Shown: positions 28,421 to 41,900 of the stretch, piece after piece
How positions within the stretch are numbered: the stretch's first letter is position 1
How the letters are laid out: every line of letters starts with the position of its first letter
Source of the DNA: the human T2T-CHM13v2.0 reference genome, Homo sapiens
NCBI RefSeq assembly: GCF_009914755.1
Contig: NC_060929.1
Direction: 5' to 3' (one strand)
Length of the DNA: 64,000 nt
Notes under the pieces: model-generated
Told to the model about the DNA's origin: nothing
What the model saw: the letters and a program-made list of their open reading frames with translations, nothing else
Database searches by the model: none
Made by a program: the position numbers and the translations under genes

Positions 28421-29520
28421 AACACACATACAGACACAACACACACACAGACACACGCAGAAACACACACAGACACATACACAGAAACACACAAAAGCGC
28501 ACACACACACACACATAGACATACACACAAACACACATGCAAACAGAGACATCCAGACACATACACACAGACACACACAGACACACACACAGAGGCAGAC
28601 ACAAAAACACAGAGACAAACACACATACAGACACACAAACAGACACACAAACACAGAGACACAAATAGACACACAGGCACATCCACAGACACACAGAGAC
28701 ACACACAAACACACACACAGATACACACAGAGACATACACACAAACACACACAGACACACATAAAGACAGACACAGACACATAAACACACACATGCAAAC
28801 ACACACAGACACACACACAGACACAGACACACAGACACACAGAGACACACACAAACACAGACACACACAGACACAAATACACACAGACACACAGGCACAC
28901 ACACAGAAACACACACACAGAAACACACAAAGGCACACACACAGACACGTAGACACACACACATGCAAACACAGAAACATCCAGACACACACACAGAGAC
29001 ACACAGACACAGACACACACACACACAGACACACAAACACACACAGAGACACACACATACAGACACACAAACAGGCACACAAAGACAGAGATACAAATAG
29101 GCACACAGACACACAGAGACACACACAAACACACACAGACACACATAAAGACACAGACATAAACACACACAGACACACAAACACACAGACACACAGAGAC
29201 AGACACAGATACACAGACACACACAGACACAAATACACACAGACACACACAGAGATACACAGGCACACATGCAAACACAGAGACACACACAGAGGCACAC
29301 ACAGAGACACACAGACACACACACAGACACATGCAGTCACGCAGACACAGACACAGACACAGACACCCCCCACACACACAAACGCACACATACACAAACA
29401 CACATAGACACACGGAAACACATGCAGACACACACAAAAACACATGCATGTACAAACACAAACATACAAACACAAACAAACATACGCAAAGATAGACACA
29501 CACCACAAACACACACATGC
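28421..29520. repeat. Degenerate (CA/CAGA)n tract, ~1.1 kb
   Basis: ACACACAGAC reiterations, with a longer internal repeat (e.g. CATCCAGACAC at ~28550 and ~28978). Confidence 0.97.
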
Positions 29521-31078
29521 CCCATGGAAGAAAGAACACACCAGAATCCAGAGGAAAAAAATCCAGTGAATTTCTAAGTACAGGCATCTTCATGGTTGCG
29601 ATTGTTGGGTATACCTTCTTATTTTGCTTTGTTTTTAAGCATAAAGCAGAATCAGTTCTTGTGAAAGACAGAACGTTTTGGTTTTTAAGACCAGGATTTT
29701 TCCATAAAAGTGTTTTAGGAAGGGCAGACTATTGTTCTTTAAATTAGTTGAATATGCAGAGCCTAAGCCTTGAACTCAGAGTTCATCCAGGAGCAAGAGT
29801 CAGGAGAAATTTTTCCTAGCCAGGGAAACTCAATTCAAAACTGTTCTCCTGGACTCTGAAGAAAGTAACATCTGCAGAAATTAGGGAAGAACTGATATAG
29901 TCAAAGCACAGGTGGAATCCTCCTTCCCATCACCCTCTCTGCAGCCTGAAGTAGGAGGGAAGGAGTGGCCAGACCTCCACTAAGGACCCCCAAAAAGGGG
30001 CCAGCCCTGCCTGTCCAGAGTGCAGGGCATCAGGAGAGGCCCCCACTAGTGCTATCTGCAGCTGGGGGGCTGCAGGGAGCCTGTGTCTGGCGAGGAAGCC
30101 CAGAAAGTGTGTGTGCCCTCAGAGGGGAGCCCGCATTGCTGAGGGCAGGCAGGCCAGCTTCTTCCTCTGTGACCAGGTGTGTGTGTCCCAGGAGACACAG
30201 CCAGTGTCGGATGGAGGACACTGGAGATGACCTAGGAGAAGGTGGGTGACCACCGATGCCAGGAGCCATATCAGGGAAGCTGCCAGGATGGGCCCCCAGC
30301 ACGCTCAGCATGCTCAGCCCCAGGGAAAGGATACACATGCAGCTTTGAGGAGGAGGAGGAAGAGCCTGGGGCTGGAATGGGAAATCACTGAATTTGATGA
30401 AATACTCCTGTAAAATTAAAATCAGGTGATTTTTCATCAAGCAGAAATGGAAGTATGAAAACACCAGGTCAATTAATAAAAAATGTGGAAAGTTCTGTGG
30501 TCAAGGGTGGACTTCTTGCAAGTCTGCCATTCTATGCAGTAGACACTTCCAGTGGCCCCCCAGACACAGATTCTGAGGACGTGTAAAAGAGGTAGATTTT
30601 AGCAGCATTTCAGAAACCTGAACGTGCCTCTCAACAGCTCCAGAGCAAGTGAAGCAAGAGCTAGCCTTAAAGGAAATTACATTTTCCAAACAGGTGTTGG
30701 AAAAATAAAGTACCTCCATTTCAAACAAAGTAATAAAGCCAATAGGAGCTGTCACTGTGGACAGGAAAGTGCGTCCTGCTGTGTTTTTCAAACTCTGGGC
30801 CATGACCCACAGCAGGTGCTGGAAGCAACTCACTTCCTTTTGCCAGCATTTTAATAACAAAATAAGAGTGAAACAGAAGAGAAAATACCAGACTGTAGTG
30901 CAGGTGATAAAGCCAAGCATTCCTGTGTGATACTGTGTGTGTACAATTTCTAACAGTGGTTTGTAATTTGGGATCTGAAAGCCACTGAAATAATATGCCA
31001 CCTTTGAAATAAATTGTTAATACATTTATGTTATTTTAACCATAGAATCCTTCCCATTGTAATTTTGGATTATCCCAG

Positions 31079-31925
<847 letters not shown>

Positions 31926-32957
31926 CCCAGCCAGACATCGTAGGGCTTTCCAGGATAGCTGAAATCTCATAGAGTGGGACGATCTAATGAGAGCACCTGC
32001 GTTGCTGAGCTGTAATCCATAGCTAGGCACCAAAATTTGCTAGACTTAGCAGACTACATCATGTACTTTACAGTTCTTAATTCTCAGTTGCAAATTCAGG
32101 TTATATGAACTTGAGTTATTTTCAGTAGTTAGGAAAAGCCTACTTATGAACAAATAAACTCATCATCTACTCCTGATGAGTTTGGTGGCCTCCGTGCATC
32201 CTCAGTCACGCATCTCACAGAGCTGTTATACATAAATGGAAGTCTGCAGAGGAAGCATGATGTATAGCAACATCCTGAGACCTCATCTCATGTTGCAACA
32301 AGTGGTCAAAGTCACAGGGTCTGAATGTGGGCTTCAGAGACCCAGGGGCCCCTGGCATTCTGTGTGCCATGTGGGGTGCCATGGGTGTGTAGCTTGTTTC
32401 TATTTCCTAAAGGAGTAAACAGTCTCCAAAGGATTAGAAGCTATTGCCTGTGTAGTTGTTTCATGATTTCCTCGGTCTTAACCATAAAATAATTAGGAAA
32501 ACTGGAATGCTGGCATGTTTTTTCTTTTCTTTTCTTTTTTTATTTGGTAAACCACTACTCCAAAAATATAGTTTAGTTAGAAGCTATACTTCTAAAAAAG
32601 ATAATGAAAAACCATGAAGGCGCTGGTGAATAAATTCCATTTTGTTTGTTTTACATTTTTAAAACCATAGAGGGCAGGAGTTTCAAACTGATTTCAGAAG
32701 CCTCCTTGAATATTTTCCCCTAATATAAGAATGTTTTTCTATCCATCATCTATTTCACAGTGACTTTCAAAAACAGGGTTTGCTGTGGCACTTCTGTTGT
32801 CGTTTATAATATGATTCTGCAATAGTTTACAGAGTTTTGCAGATCTTCACAATAGGGTTATTTAAAACCATACTTCTTATTCTCAGTTCTCACTACATTC
32901 TTTTTTGGCTGGGAATTAGAAAAGTTGTTGGAGCTGTTTTAACTCATCTCTTCAGAT

Positions 32958-33040
32958 GTATAGATCGATAAACAAATGAAAGATAGATGGATAGATGGAT
33001 AGATAATAGATGGTTATAGATAGATAGATGACAGACAGAT
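32958..33040. repeat. Degenerate (GATA)n tract
   Basis: GATAGATG and GATAGATA reiterations. Confidence 0.8.
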
Positions 33041-33159
33041 GTAAAACAAAGTAGGTAGAGCTGAGATCTGCACAGAATTCTTGATGTGAAGGAGCTGAGC
33101 TGGAGTTTGTGCTCTTTAGTGAAACAATGGCCAGAATGTATACATTGATGAATTATCCT

Positions 33160-33330
33160 ATATTCAATGCACACCCTGTGCCAGGCTCTGTGCCCTGTCT
33201 GAGACACTCTACACCACACTATGAGGTGGCATGGTTGTCCTCCCCATGTCACAGGGGAAGGGGCAGTGACCCAGAGGTTCAGAGACCACCTCATTTATTT
33301 CGGCTGGTTGGCTGGCCCTGGGCAGGTGGA
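33160..33330 (-). mobile_element. MIR
   Basis: TGTGCCAGGCTCTGTGC...CTATGAGGTGG...CCCCATGTCACAG...CCCAGAGGTTCAG. Confidence 0.6.
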
Positions 33331-33461
33331 CAGCAGAGCTGGTCCCTGAGCAGGTGCTCACAGAGCTGGGAGACAGCACCCTTCAGGGGAGATGTCTGGG
33401 TCTCACTGGGAAGAAGGGGTGCTTTATTTATTTTCCTCTCTTTTGTTTCTATCTTCTAACT

Positions 33462-33686
33462 CAGGGTTCCACAGCCTGGGCACCCTCTGGGTCTGGGGCT
33501 GGAGGGTTCTCTGTTGATGGGGCCGGTCCTGGGTGTTGTAGCTTATGATGCCAGTGGCCTCCCTGGCCTCTCCTCACCCACAGCAGCAGCACCCATGCCG
33601 GTTGTGACATACCAAAATATCTCCAGACATTGTTCAATGTCCCCTCCGGGGGCAAAATCACCCCCCACCCAAGTTGAGAACCACTG
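33462..33686. mobile_element. MER20 hAT DNA transposon
   Basis: GTTGTGACATACCAAAATATCTCCAGACATTG...GGGGGCAAAATCACC...GTTGAGAACCACTG. Confidence 0.88.
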
Positions 33687-34189
33687 TTCTAAATTAACCA
33701 AACTGCCTGTTACTATGTCTGTAATTAAAATTATGTATTTTTAACATAGAATTTTCATAAATGTGGGAAATCAAATAGAATTTTCTCTTCTAAACGGTTA
33801 TTTTTAAAACTTCTTCTTAGGAAGCAAACATGTCTCCTACAACAGATGCCCACCCTGAGGAAACCTGACCGTTGAGTTATAATTGGGTCATCTTCAGCTG
33901 TGTCCCAGCAGAGTCCCCAGAGGCATGGCCTTGAGGGTGGCTGGAGTGAGTGTGGCCCCTGCTGTCCTCCTCCCCCCACCCCGGGATACTGCGTCCCTCC
34001 GCGTGGACGAGGGAGAACGCATTCACAGTGTTCACAGCACTTTGCCGGCTGTCACAGGTACAGACTACCTGGATATTTAGATACGAGAGCATCTAACAGG
34101 GAACCATCAATCTTTTATGGTAAGAGAATACATAAATTATAAACAAATATGTCCTTTGGTCTCGTAGAACAGCATAATGATCAAAGAGA

Positions 34190-34760
34190 CACAATAGAAA
34201 TGCATTTGCTTCTGCAGTCGGCGTATTCCCCCAGCTCGTGGGCTGTGCTGACGGACAGCCCGGGAGCTGGCAGCTTTTGTTCCATCTGTCAGAGTATACT
34301 TACCTCCTGTTGTTTTAAGTAATCAATATGGGGGCTGAAATCACCTACTGCTACCTCCGCTACCTCCTATTTTGTCCACTCATAAATTATGGATTGCCGC
34401 ACAACATCAAGTCTACAATTTCGATTGCATTTGCTAATCATTGATCAATAATTCAGGAGCCTCTCCTCCTTCAAGGGCCCCTGGCTTCCTGCGGCATAAG
34501 GCACCGGGCTGACAGCAAGCAGCAGAGGCGTCCCTTATCACAAAGAGCAGCCGCAAAAACAACTTGTTTAGAGTTGTTTCTTCTCCTTCCCCTTCTTATT
34601 TTTCATGAGGGTGACTTTGTACTTCTGTTCGGCGCCTTCCTCCGCTTGTTAGCTCTAATGACGGCCGTGTGCCTGCCGCAGAATCCAGCTGCAGCCCTGT
34701 TTGTTCGGTTTGCATAGACAGGGCGCTTTGCAAAACGGTGTCTTTCTGTTTTATTTTGTG
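34190..34760. promoter_or_regulatory. Candidate conserved non-coding enhancer
   Basis: Repeat-free; TAAT, ATCAAT, ATTTGC, CTTATC and ACAAAG motif cluster with retained CpGs. Confidence 0.4.
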
Positions 34761-35928
34761 GCTCAGTGTTCTTGTGTTTGTCACTGAACTGAATCCTGGG
34801 GGGCGATCGGGAGGAAGTGTCTCGTTCCCTGTTTGCACTGCACGATCCTGCGTCTGTGGGCATGCAGCTGGGACACAAACCCCTCATTGTGCCTCTTAAA
34901 CTTACACACATGCCCGCTGCAAGTCCGGAAGGAGATACGCTACTCTTCAGAAAACTCATTGGCAGAACAAACCCGAAACTTGGAGCTATTTTAAAGGCTC
35001 GCTCTGATGCTTTTGTTGTGCTTTTAGGTCTGTTTTCTGTTTTAATCCAGTTCTCCATGTTTGTTTTTCTGTGCTTTCAATGAGATGGCGAAGTTAAAAA
35101 TAACGAGGCTTTCACAAACCCTTTTGTAGTTTTATTAGAAAGTGTCATCTTCATCTAACCTCTTGGAGGACAGTGACGTTGGACCGTCTCCTTTGGAACC
35201 TGCAGCTCACAGGATGCCTCTTATTGATGGAGAAAGGAGAGGAACGGAAAGCAGAGTGCAGAGGAGAAGCGATTGGGTTTCCAGGAGCCATTCAGCAATG
35301 AATTTCTGGGAAACCTTTTCCACAAAAGGCAGCCACAGAGGGCCCTGGAGGTTGCCTGTGCACTGGGTACAGCCCACCCGCCCCCTCTGAAGGAGCAAAA
35401 GGGCATGAAGGGGCCTTTGTCGTCCCCCAGAGCCTCAGGCCTGCCTCCGCCTCCTCTGCAGCCTGCTCAAGGAAGCCGTGCCCTGCAGCCTGGCCTTCTA
35501 TAGAAGCCGCTGGCCTCACCCATTGTCACCGGCCCAGCAGGGGAGCTGTGGCCACAGGAGGCTCTCAATAACTTAAAAATTGTAAAAAAAGAAACAGCAG
35601 GAAGGCCAGAGGGGAGGGCGAACGGAAAAGGTTTAAGACACTCTTGTGGCAAGAAGCGGACAGGGTGGGGGCGTGGGGTGATGGAGGGAAACAAAACTTT
35701 TTTAAGTGGAAAGAGAGAAAGAGGAAACAGGAAGTGGCTTTAAAATTTTAAGTGAAAGTGAAGACAATTAGAATAAGATTGGAAGCAAAGAAAATGATGA
35801 GAAAAGAAAAGGAGACCAGGAAAGAGCCTGCACACCTTCTTTGCAGGCCTCTCACCTGCCTCTCCTCATCCTCTCTCGCCTCCTCCTAATCCGCCCTGGG
35901 CACGGCGTCCACCCCACTGAGTCCCCCC

Positions 35929-36392
35929 GGGAGACCACAACTGTCGGTTGACTAGCACATGCATATAGCTGGTTTGGAGTTGAAAATAGAGAATAAAATA
36001 CAATATCATTTCCCAAAGGAAAATCCTCGGCATTGCCCAAATGAGCAGGCGTAAGTTCCTCTCCCACCCAGTCCACCCCTACCGTAATTACAGCAGGTCC
36101 AGCTCCCGAACTTTCCTACCCACCCTCACACAGGAGAAGTGGTGGAGGTGCTAGCAGGTGCATGTTAACGTTTATGAGGCCAAAACGAGCCTCTCTGGCT
36201 CACCAGCAACTGGAGAACATGCCTCTGACTGGAGAGGGTCTACCCCACTCCTCCAAGGGATCCTCAACAACCCTGGTCATTCGGGTAATGCTGAGGAGTT
36301 TCCTTTGGGAAATGATATTGTATTTGATTCTCTATTTTCAACTCCAAACCCGTTACACATACATGCTAGTCAACCAGCAGCTGTGGTCGCCC
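35929..36392. repeat. Inverted repeat with 121-bp arms (35929-36049, 36272-36392) and a 222-bp spacer
   Basis: Manual ungapped alignment 103/121; mirrored ORFs ..GNAEDFPLGNDIVFYSLFSTPN.. (-) and ..GNAEEFPLGNDIVFDSLFSTPN.. (+). Confidence 0.95.
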
Positions 36393-36582
36393 CTGCTTTG
36401 ATGAGAGGAGGGGACGGATTTGACACCACGACACCTTGAGAAACTCACTCAAGGACATTCCCCTTCTCACTTCCTGTGGCCTGCCAGCAGGAAATGATCA
36501 TTTCCAAGGGTTCCCCTTGTTTCTGGGGTTTGGATTATGTTCCTTGACCTGGTTCAAGCCCCTCAGAAGGAACTGCTTAGAA

Positions 36583-36584
<2 letters not shown>

Positions 36585-36627
<43 letters not shown>
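36585..36627. repeat. (CA)n microsatellite, ~21 units
   Basis: Perfect AC run. Confidence 0.98.
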
Positions 36628-36628
<1 letters not shown>

Positions 36629-36930
36629 CTGCTGGGGCCATCCTTCAGCAGCAGAAGCTTGGGGCCCTCACCCTGAACTCAGCGTCTACACCCAGAGAAC
36701 TAATCTACTAACAATGGTGGGTGCAGCTCTGTTCTACATAGAGAAACTCAAAGTCCCTTCTGCTGTCAGACTGGGAGCCTCTCTCTATCAAACAAGAAGC
36801 ATCCCCAGTGACCCCTGCCACCATGATGCCTCTGGTTTATCATACCAGAGACCTTTAAGACACTCAGGAGTTACATCTTATAATAAGTCCTAAGAATGAT
36901 GTGGTTGTCAACACTTATTTTCCCCCAATT

Positions 36931-37188
36931 ATCCATCCATTCCTCTATCTATCTATCTATCTATCTATCGATCTATCTATCTATCTTTTATCTATCCATC
37001 CATTTATCCATCCATCTATGTATCCATCCATCCATCCATCCATCCATGCGACCATTTATCTATCTATTTACCTGCCTATTCATTCATCCATCCATCCATC
37101 CATCCATCCACCATCGATCCTGTCATTCATCTGTCTATCTATCTATCCATCCATCTACCCATCCATACATACATACATCCTCCCATTC

Positions 37189-37235
<47 letters not shown>

Positions 37236-37550
37236 CTTCATTCATGCATCCATCCATCTATTCGCCCATCCATCCATCAGCTATCTATCATCCATTCATC
37301 TGTCTATTCATCTATCATCTATCTATTCATTTATACATCCATCTATTCATCCATCCATCCATCCATCCATCCATCCATCCATCCACCCGTCCATCCGTCC
37401 GTCCATCTGTCCATCTGTCCGTCCATCCATCCATCTATCCGTCTGTCTATCTGCCTATCTATCTATCTGCCTATCTATCTACCTATCCATCCGTCCATCC
37501 ATCCATCTATCCATCCAGTCATCTATCTGTCTGTCTGTCTATCTATCTAT
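36931..37550. repeat. Compound (TCCA)n/(TCTA)n tetranucleotide tract
   Basis: Alternating ATCC and ATCT blocks. Confidence 0.97.
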
Positions 37551-38449
37551 TTATTATGATATTTCCCATTAGCAAATGCCTTTTTTTCTTTCAATATATA
37601 AATAATTCACAGTTTTCCAATAAACTAACTGTGGGGACACTGCTCTTACCCTGTGTCTTCTAAGTTTTCACTTCTTTTTCAGTGATGGGTTCAGATTGTC
37701 CAAGCCCACTCTGTGTCCTTTTTGAGGAGCAGAAAGGTTTGGATTTGCTGGGTTCTGAGGATCTGTTACAGACGTTGACCTTCCTAGCAATGCTGGCTGG
37801 TGGCTGGGATAAGAGTGACAACTCTAATAATTCATAGGAAAAATGCAGCGGTGTTTCCCTTTCTGGTTGTGCCCCTCAGAGAAGCTCAGAAAACACCAGG
37901 CCAAGCTTTGCATGGTTGTGGGAATGCACACCGCATCCTGGCCTCGTGCCTTCGCTGCTGCAAAGCCCTTTGCCCTTGTTCACTGGCTACCTCGGTCCAG
38001 GTGTCCCAGCCGTGAAGCTATCTGAGGCTTGACCTGCCTGTCACCTGCTGCTGGTGCCTTTTCCCTCCCATTCTTCTCATTTCACCTGGAGGCTCAAGCC
38101 CTGGGATTGGGGTGCACAACCATGGGGACAGGGACCAATGTATTCAGTGTCACATGCCACACGGCCCCTGGACCCAGACAGCGGTCTGGTCTGCAGGCTT
38201 CACATATTTGTGCTGGGCTCCACTGACTTCATTAGCAACACAGAGGCCACGAGCAAAAAATCTCTTCCTGGAGCAGACAGAAGAGCCCCAGAGCCTCATT
38301 CCTGTTCCCACATACCTGGGAACCCTGGCTCACTGTGACCAGCAATTGATGAGTTTAACTTTGGCCTTTATAGTGTTTTTTCTCTTTTTCAAAAAGTATG
38401 TGTTTTCTCCTATTTTGTTAAAACCTCTGGGTCTTCCTCCTGGATCTCC

Positions 38450-39170
38450 TGTGTGTGCCTGTGTGCACGCATGCGTGTGCAGGCTCTGCTGTGTGTGTGT
38501 GGTGTGTGCCTGTGTGCACGCATGCATGTGCGGGCTCTGCTGTGCATGTCTGTGTATCGTGTGCCTGCGTGCATGCTTGCATGTGCCGACTCTGATGTGC
38601 GTGTCTATGTATTGTATTGTGTGCCCTGTGTGCATACTCGCATGTGGACACTCTGCTGTACATATCTGTGTAGTGTGTGCCCGTGTGCATGTTCACATGT
38701 GCAGACTCTGATGTGCGTGTCTATGTAGTGTGTGCCTGTGTGCATGCTCGCATATGCAGACTCTGCTTTGAGTGTTTATGTATTGTGTGCCCATGTGCAT
38801 ACTTGTGTGTCTGTGTAGTGTGTGCCTGTGTGCATGTTTGCGTGTGCAGACTCTGCTGTGCATGTCTATGTATTGTGTGCCTGTGTGCATGCTTGCATGT
38901 GCGGACTCTGTCTGTGTAGTGTGTGTCCCTGTGCATGCTTGTGTGTCTGTGTAGTATGTGCCTGTGTGCATGTTTGCATGTGCAGACTCTGCTGTGCATG
39001 TCTGTGTAGTGTGTGCCTGTGTGCATGCTCACTTGTGCGGACTCTGCTGTGCGTGTCTATGTAGTGTGTGCCTGTGTGCGTGCTTGCGTGTGTGGACTCT
39101 ACTGTGTGTGTCTGTGTAGTGTGTGCCTGTTGCATGTTTGCGTGTGCAGATCCTGCTGTGCGTGTCTGTG
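38450..39170. repeat. TG-rich minisatellite, ~55-bp unit with shorter ~35-bp variants, ~14 copies
   Basis: Recurrent TGTGCCTGTGTGCATG...GTGCAGACTCTGCTGTG unit. Confidence 0.9.
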
Positions 39171-41900
39171 TGGTGGAGCAGCACCTCCTGATGGGACAAA
39201 AGCGAAAGCGCCCACAGGCAAGGTGGTGGTGTTGCCTCCAAGCCCTGGATGTGTCCCCCTTCCAGCCCAACACTTCCAAGATGTTTTCCTCCAGTTTGCG
39301 TCAGCGTGGCCTGCGGGGCACGAGGACCAGGAGAGGGTAGTGGCTGGGGTCTTCGGAGGCCTGAGCAAAGGCTTTTGTAAGCTCAGATGGAGTGGAACTC
39401 AATGGCTTTTTTCAGCCCAGTTTAAAATGATGGGTTTCAGCTGCCTCTGGCCCAAGCCCTTTCTGTTCCACCACGGACTTTATGACGACAAGAAAGCAGT
39501 TGTGGGTCCCTCCGAATCAGCCTTGCAGATGTTTTCTCAGAAAATTGAGGCGTATTTATAGGGTAACTTCCATCTCCCTTTCTCTTTAAACATCAGCACA
39601 AGTCATAGTGGAAGAGAGGTAGAGCTCGTTTCCATGTATCCCCCATACCCACCCTGGGTTCTGAAATGTCTGCGCATGAACAGAATTACAGCACAGCGTC
39701 CACTCCACTGCCATCCGAGAAGGCTCAGGGTTGAGTGCTGTCCACGTGCTCTGGGCTGACATTAGTGGGGACCAGCCCCAATCTTGGAGGGCTCTCAGTC
39801 TGGCTGGGGAAAAGAGCCCCTAAACAAAGAACCAGTAACCCCGCCGGGGGTGTTGGGGCCCAGCTACAGTGGGAAGATGCTGCAGGGGACACAGGGTGAG
39901 GAGCCCCGCTGTCCCAGAGCTGGGACAGAGGCTGTGGAGTTGGCCTTGTAGGAGGGGTGAGGATGGCACGTGTGGCTCCCTTCAGGACAAGGAGCCAAGA
40001 GGCCCAGAGGCCTGCTCTCCCCATGGAACAGGAGCTCCCGAGAGCCCACAGTGCCTGTGACTCTCCCTTTACCCCAACCTCAGTAGCAGTTCCAGGCACA
40101 AGTCACACAGCCGAGCAGCACGCGACTGTCTATGAAGAAGTGTGAAGTTTCTCCAAACAGCTCCTTTGATGTGCTTCAAATACTTGATTCGTTGACCTTC
40201 CTGGGCTTGGATTAACTGCGGAGCCTGGGAAGAAACAAGTCAAGTTCAGATTCTTCATAGTCACAAGTCCTGTCTTCACATACCCATTATTTATGTCAAG
40301 GGGCGACGGCTGCGGGTGTACCTTCTCATCTGTAAAGTGCATGGTGATTGATGGGGCTGCCCTGGTGACTCCTTTCTGTCCTGCCACCGGGTATCCGCCT
40401 CAAGTCACTCCACAGTCCAGACCTGCACCCCTGCACGCTGTAGCCACACAGGCTGCTGGACATTCAAAAAGTGGCCAGCATGACGGAGGACCGGAACTTG
40501 AAATGTCAATCTTAATTAACTTATGCCGAGATTTTATGTCTGAAGCTGAGTCAACTGTTTTCCTATTAAACACAATTTGACTTTTTTTTTTTTTTGCTAA
40601 GACTGCATTTCACTTAAGCGATTAAAAATGTGGCACCTGATGTGAGATGCAATATAAATGTTAGATGGTCACAGATTTTAAAGACTTTGTCCAATTAAAA
40701 ATGCAAAATATCTCAATAATTATTTATGTTAATTATGCATGGAAGTAATATTTTGTCTATACTGAGAGATTTTCTTTTTAAATTACATCTGCTTCTTTTT
40801 ACTACTCAAAAATGGCTCCTAGATAACTGTAAATCACCTCGCTGGTCCCCATTTTATTTTCAGTGGCCAACAGGGATCCAGAGGGAAGGAGTTAGGTCTG
40901 AGAATAAACAACACATAAACTATAAGAGGGATAGGACCAGAGCTCCTCCTCTGAGTGTCTCGTGGAACTGAGAGTCCCTCTCACGCTCGCTCTCTCTTCC
41001 TTCAGAGGTGGCCGGTTATGAACTGGCAGAGGGCTGGTGCTTTCTTTAACTCTCTATTTCTTGTCTTGGTTTGTCATTTTATTCACTTTCTCATATGCCC
41101 AATAAGTTCACAGAAGACAGGAAATTCACTTTCTCTCTTCACCACCTAGCCCGACGCAATGCACAATTAAGTGCTTAATACATGTCTTTTGAGGGTAATA
41201 ATGGCCGTGTGGATGATAATGGTGCTGAACTCCCTCCTGGGAGAAGTTTGCACACTTTGAGAACGGGCTCACTGGAATTGGATTATGAAATGGAAAAGTC
41301 GGCCTCTGTATATCTTTGGTGAACCACAAGGTTAGTGGCTTAATGAAGGGTGGGATAATGGATGCTGTACTGAATGAGGTGCTGCATTTCTGTGCTAAGT
41401 GTTCACCTCTGGCTCAGAAGTGTTTAATTCTGCCCAGACCATTTTAATTCCATGTGCTCCTACTTGTGAATTCAGAATAAAGCAGTTCATTTGTGAGATA
41501 AATTAGTATAGAAACACAATGTTCAAAATGGCAGGTGAGCTTTCTAGATTAACATTAAGTTGGTAACAAGAAAAGCTTAACTTCATCAATTTCAGACTTG
41601 GTTATTTTTCATTAAATATATATTTCTGATTATTGCATGACACGGCCTTTCCTTGTTACCATGCTCAGGGTGCCACATTCATTGCAGAGATCACAGTTCC
41701 TCCATGGGGGCATCACAGATTGGCTTCATGGAGAGGGGCAGAGAGGAAACCAGAGGGCTGGACCAGCCGTGATTCCAGAAGCCCATGGGAAGCTCTGCAG
41801 AACTGCGATCCATTTCAGGGAGTGCTGGCAGCAGGGTCCACTCCATGGGCAGATCTCAAGCCAGCTGGGAGCCCAGGGGCTGCTTAAGAGGGAAGGGGTA

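Noticed and set aside
28339-29593. ORFs of 311-400 aa rich in Cys/Val or His/Thr
   Set aside because: Translations of the CA/TG low-complexity tract, which lacks stop codons by composition
34245-34262. REST half-sites (GTGCTGA next to CGGACAGC)
   Set aside because: Orientation is non-canonical and both halves are incomplete
36896-37663. 255-aa and 223-aa SIHP/IYLS-repeat ORFs
   Set aside because: Translations of TCCA/TCTA tetranucleotide repeats
38112-39561. Cys-rich ORFs resembling metallothionein or keratin-associated proteins
   Set aside because: Derived from the TG-rich minisatellite
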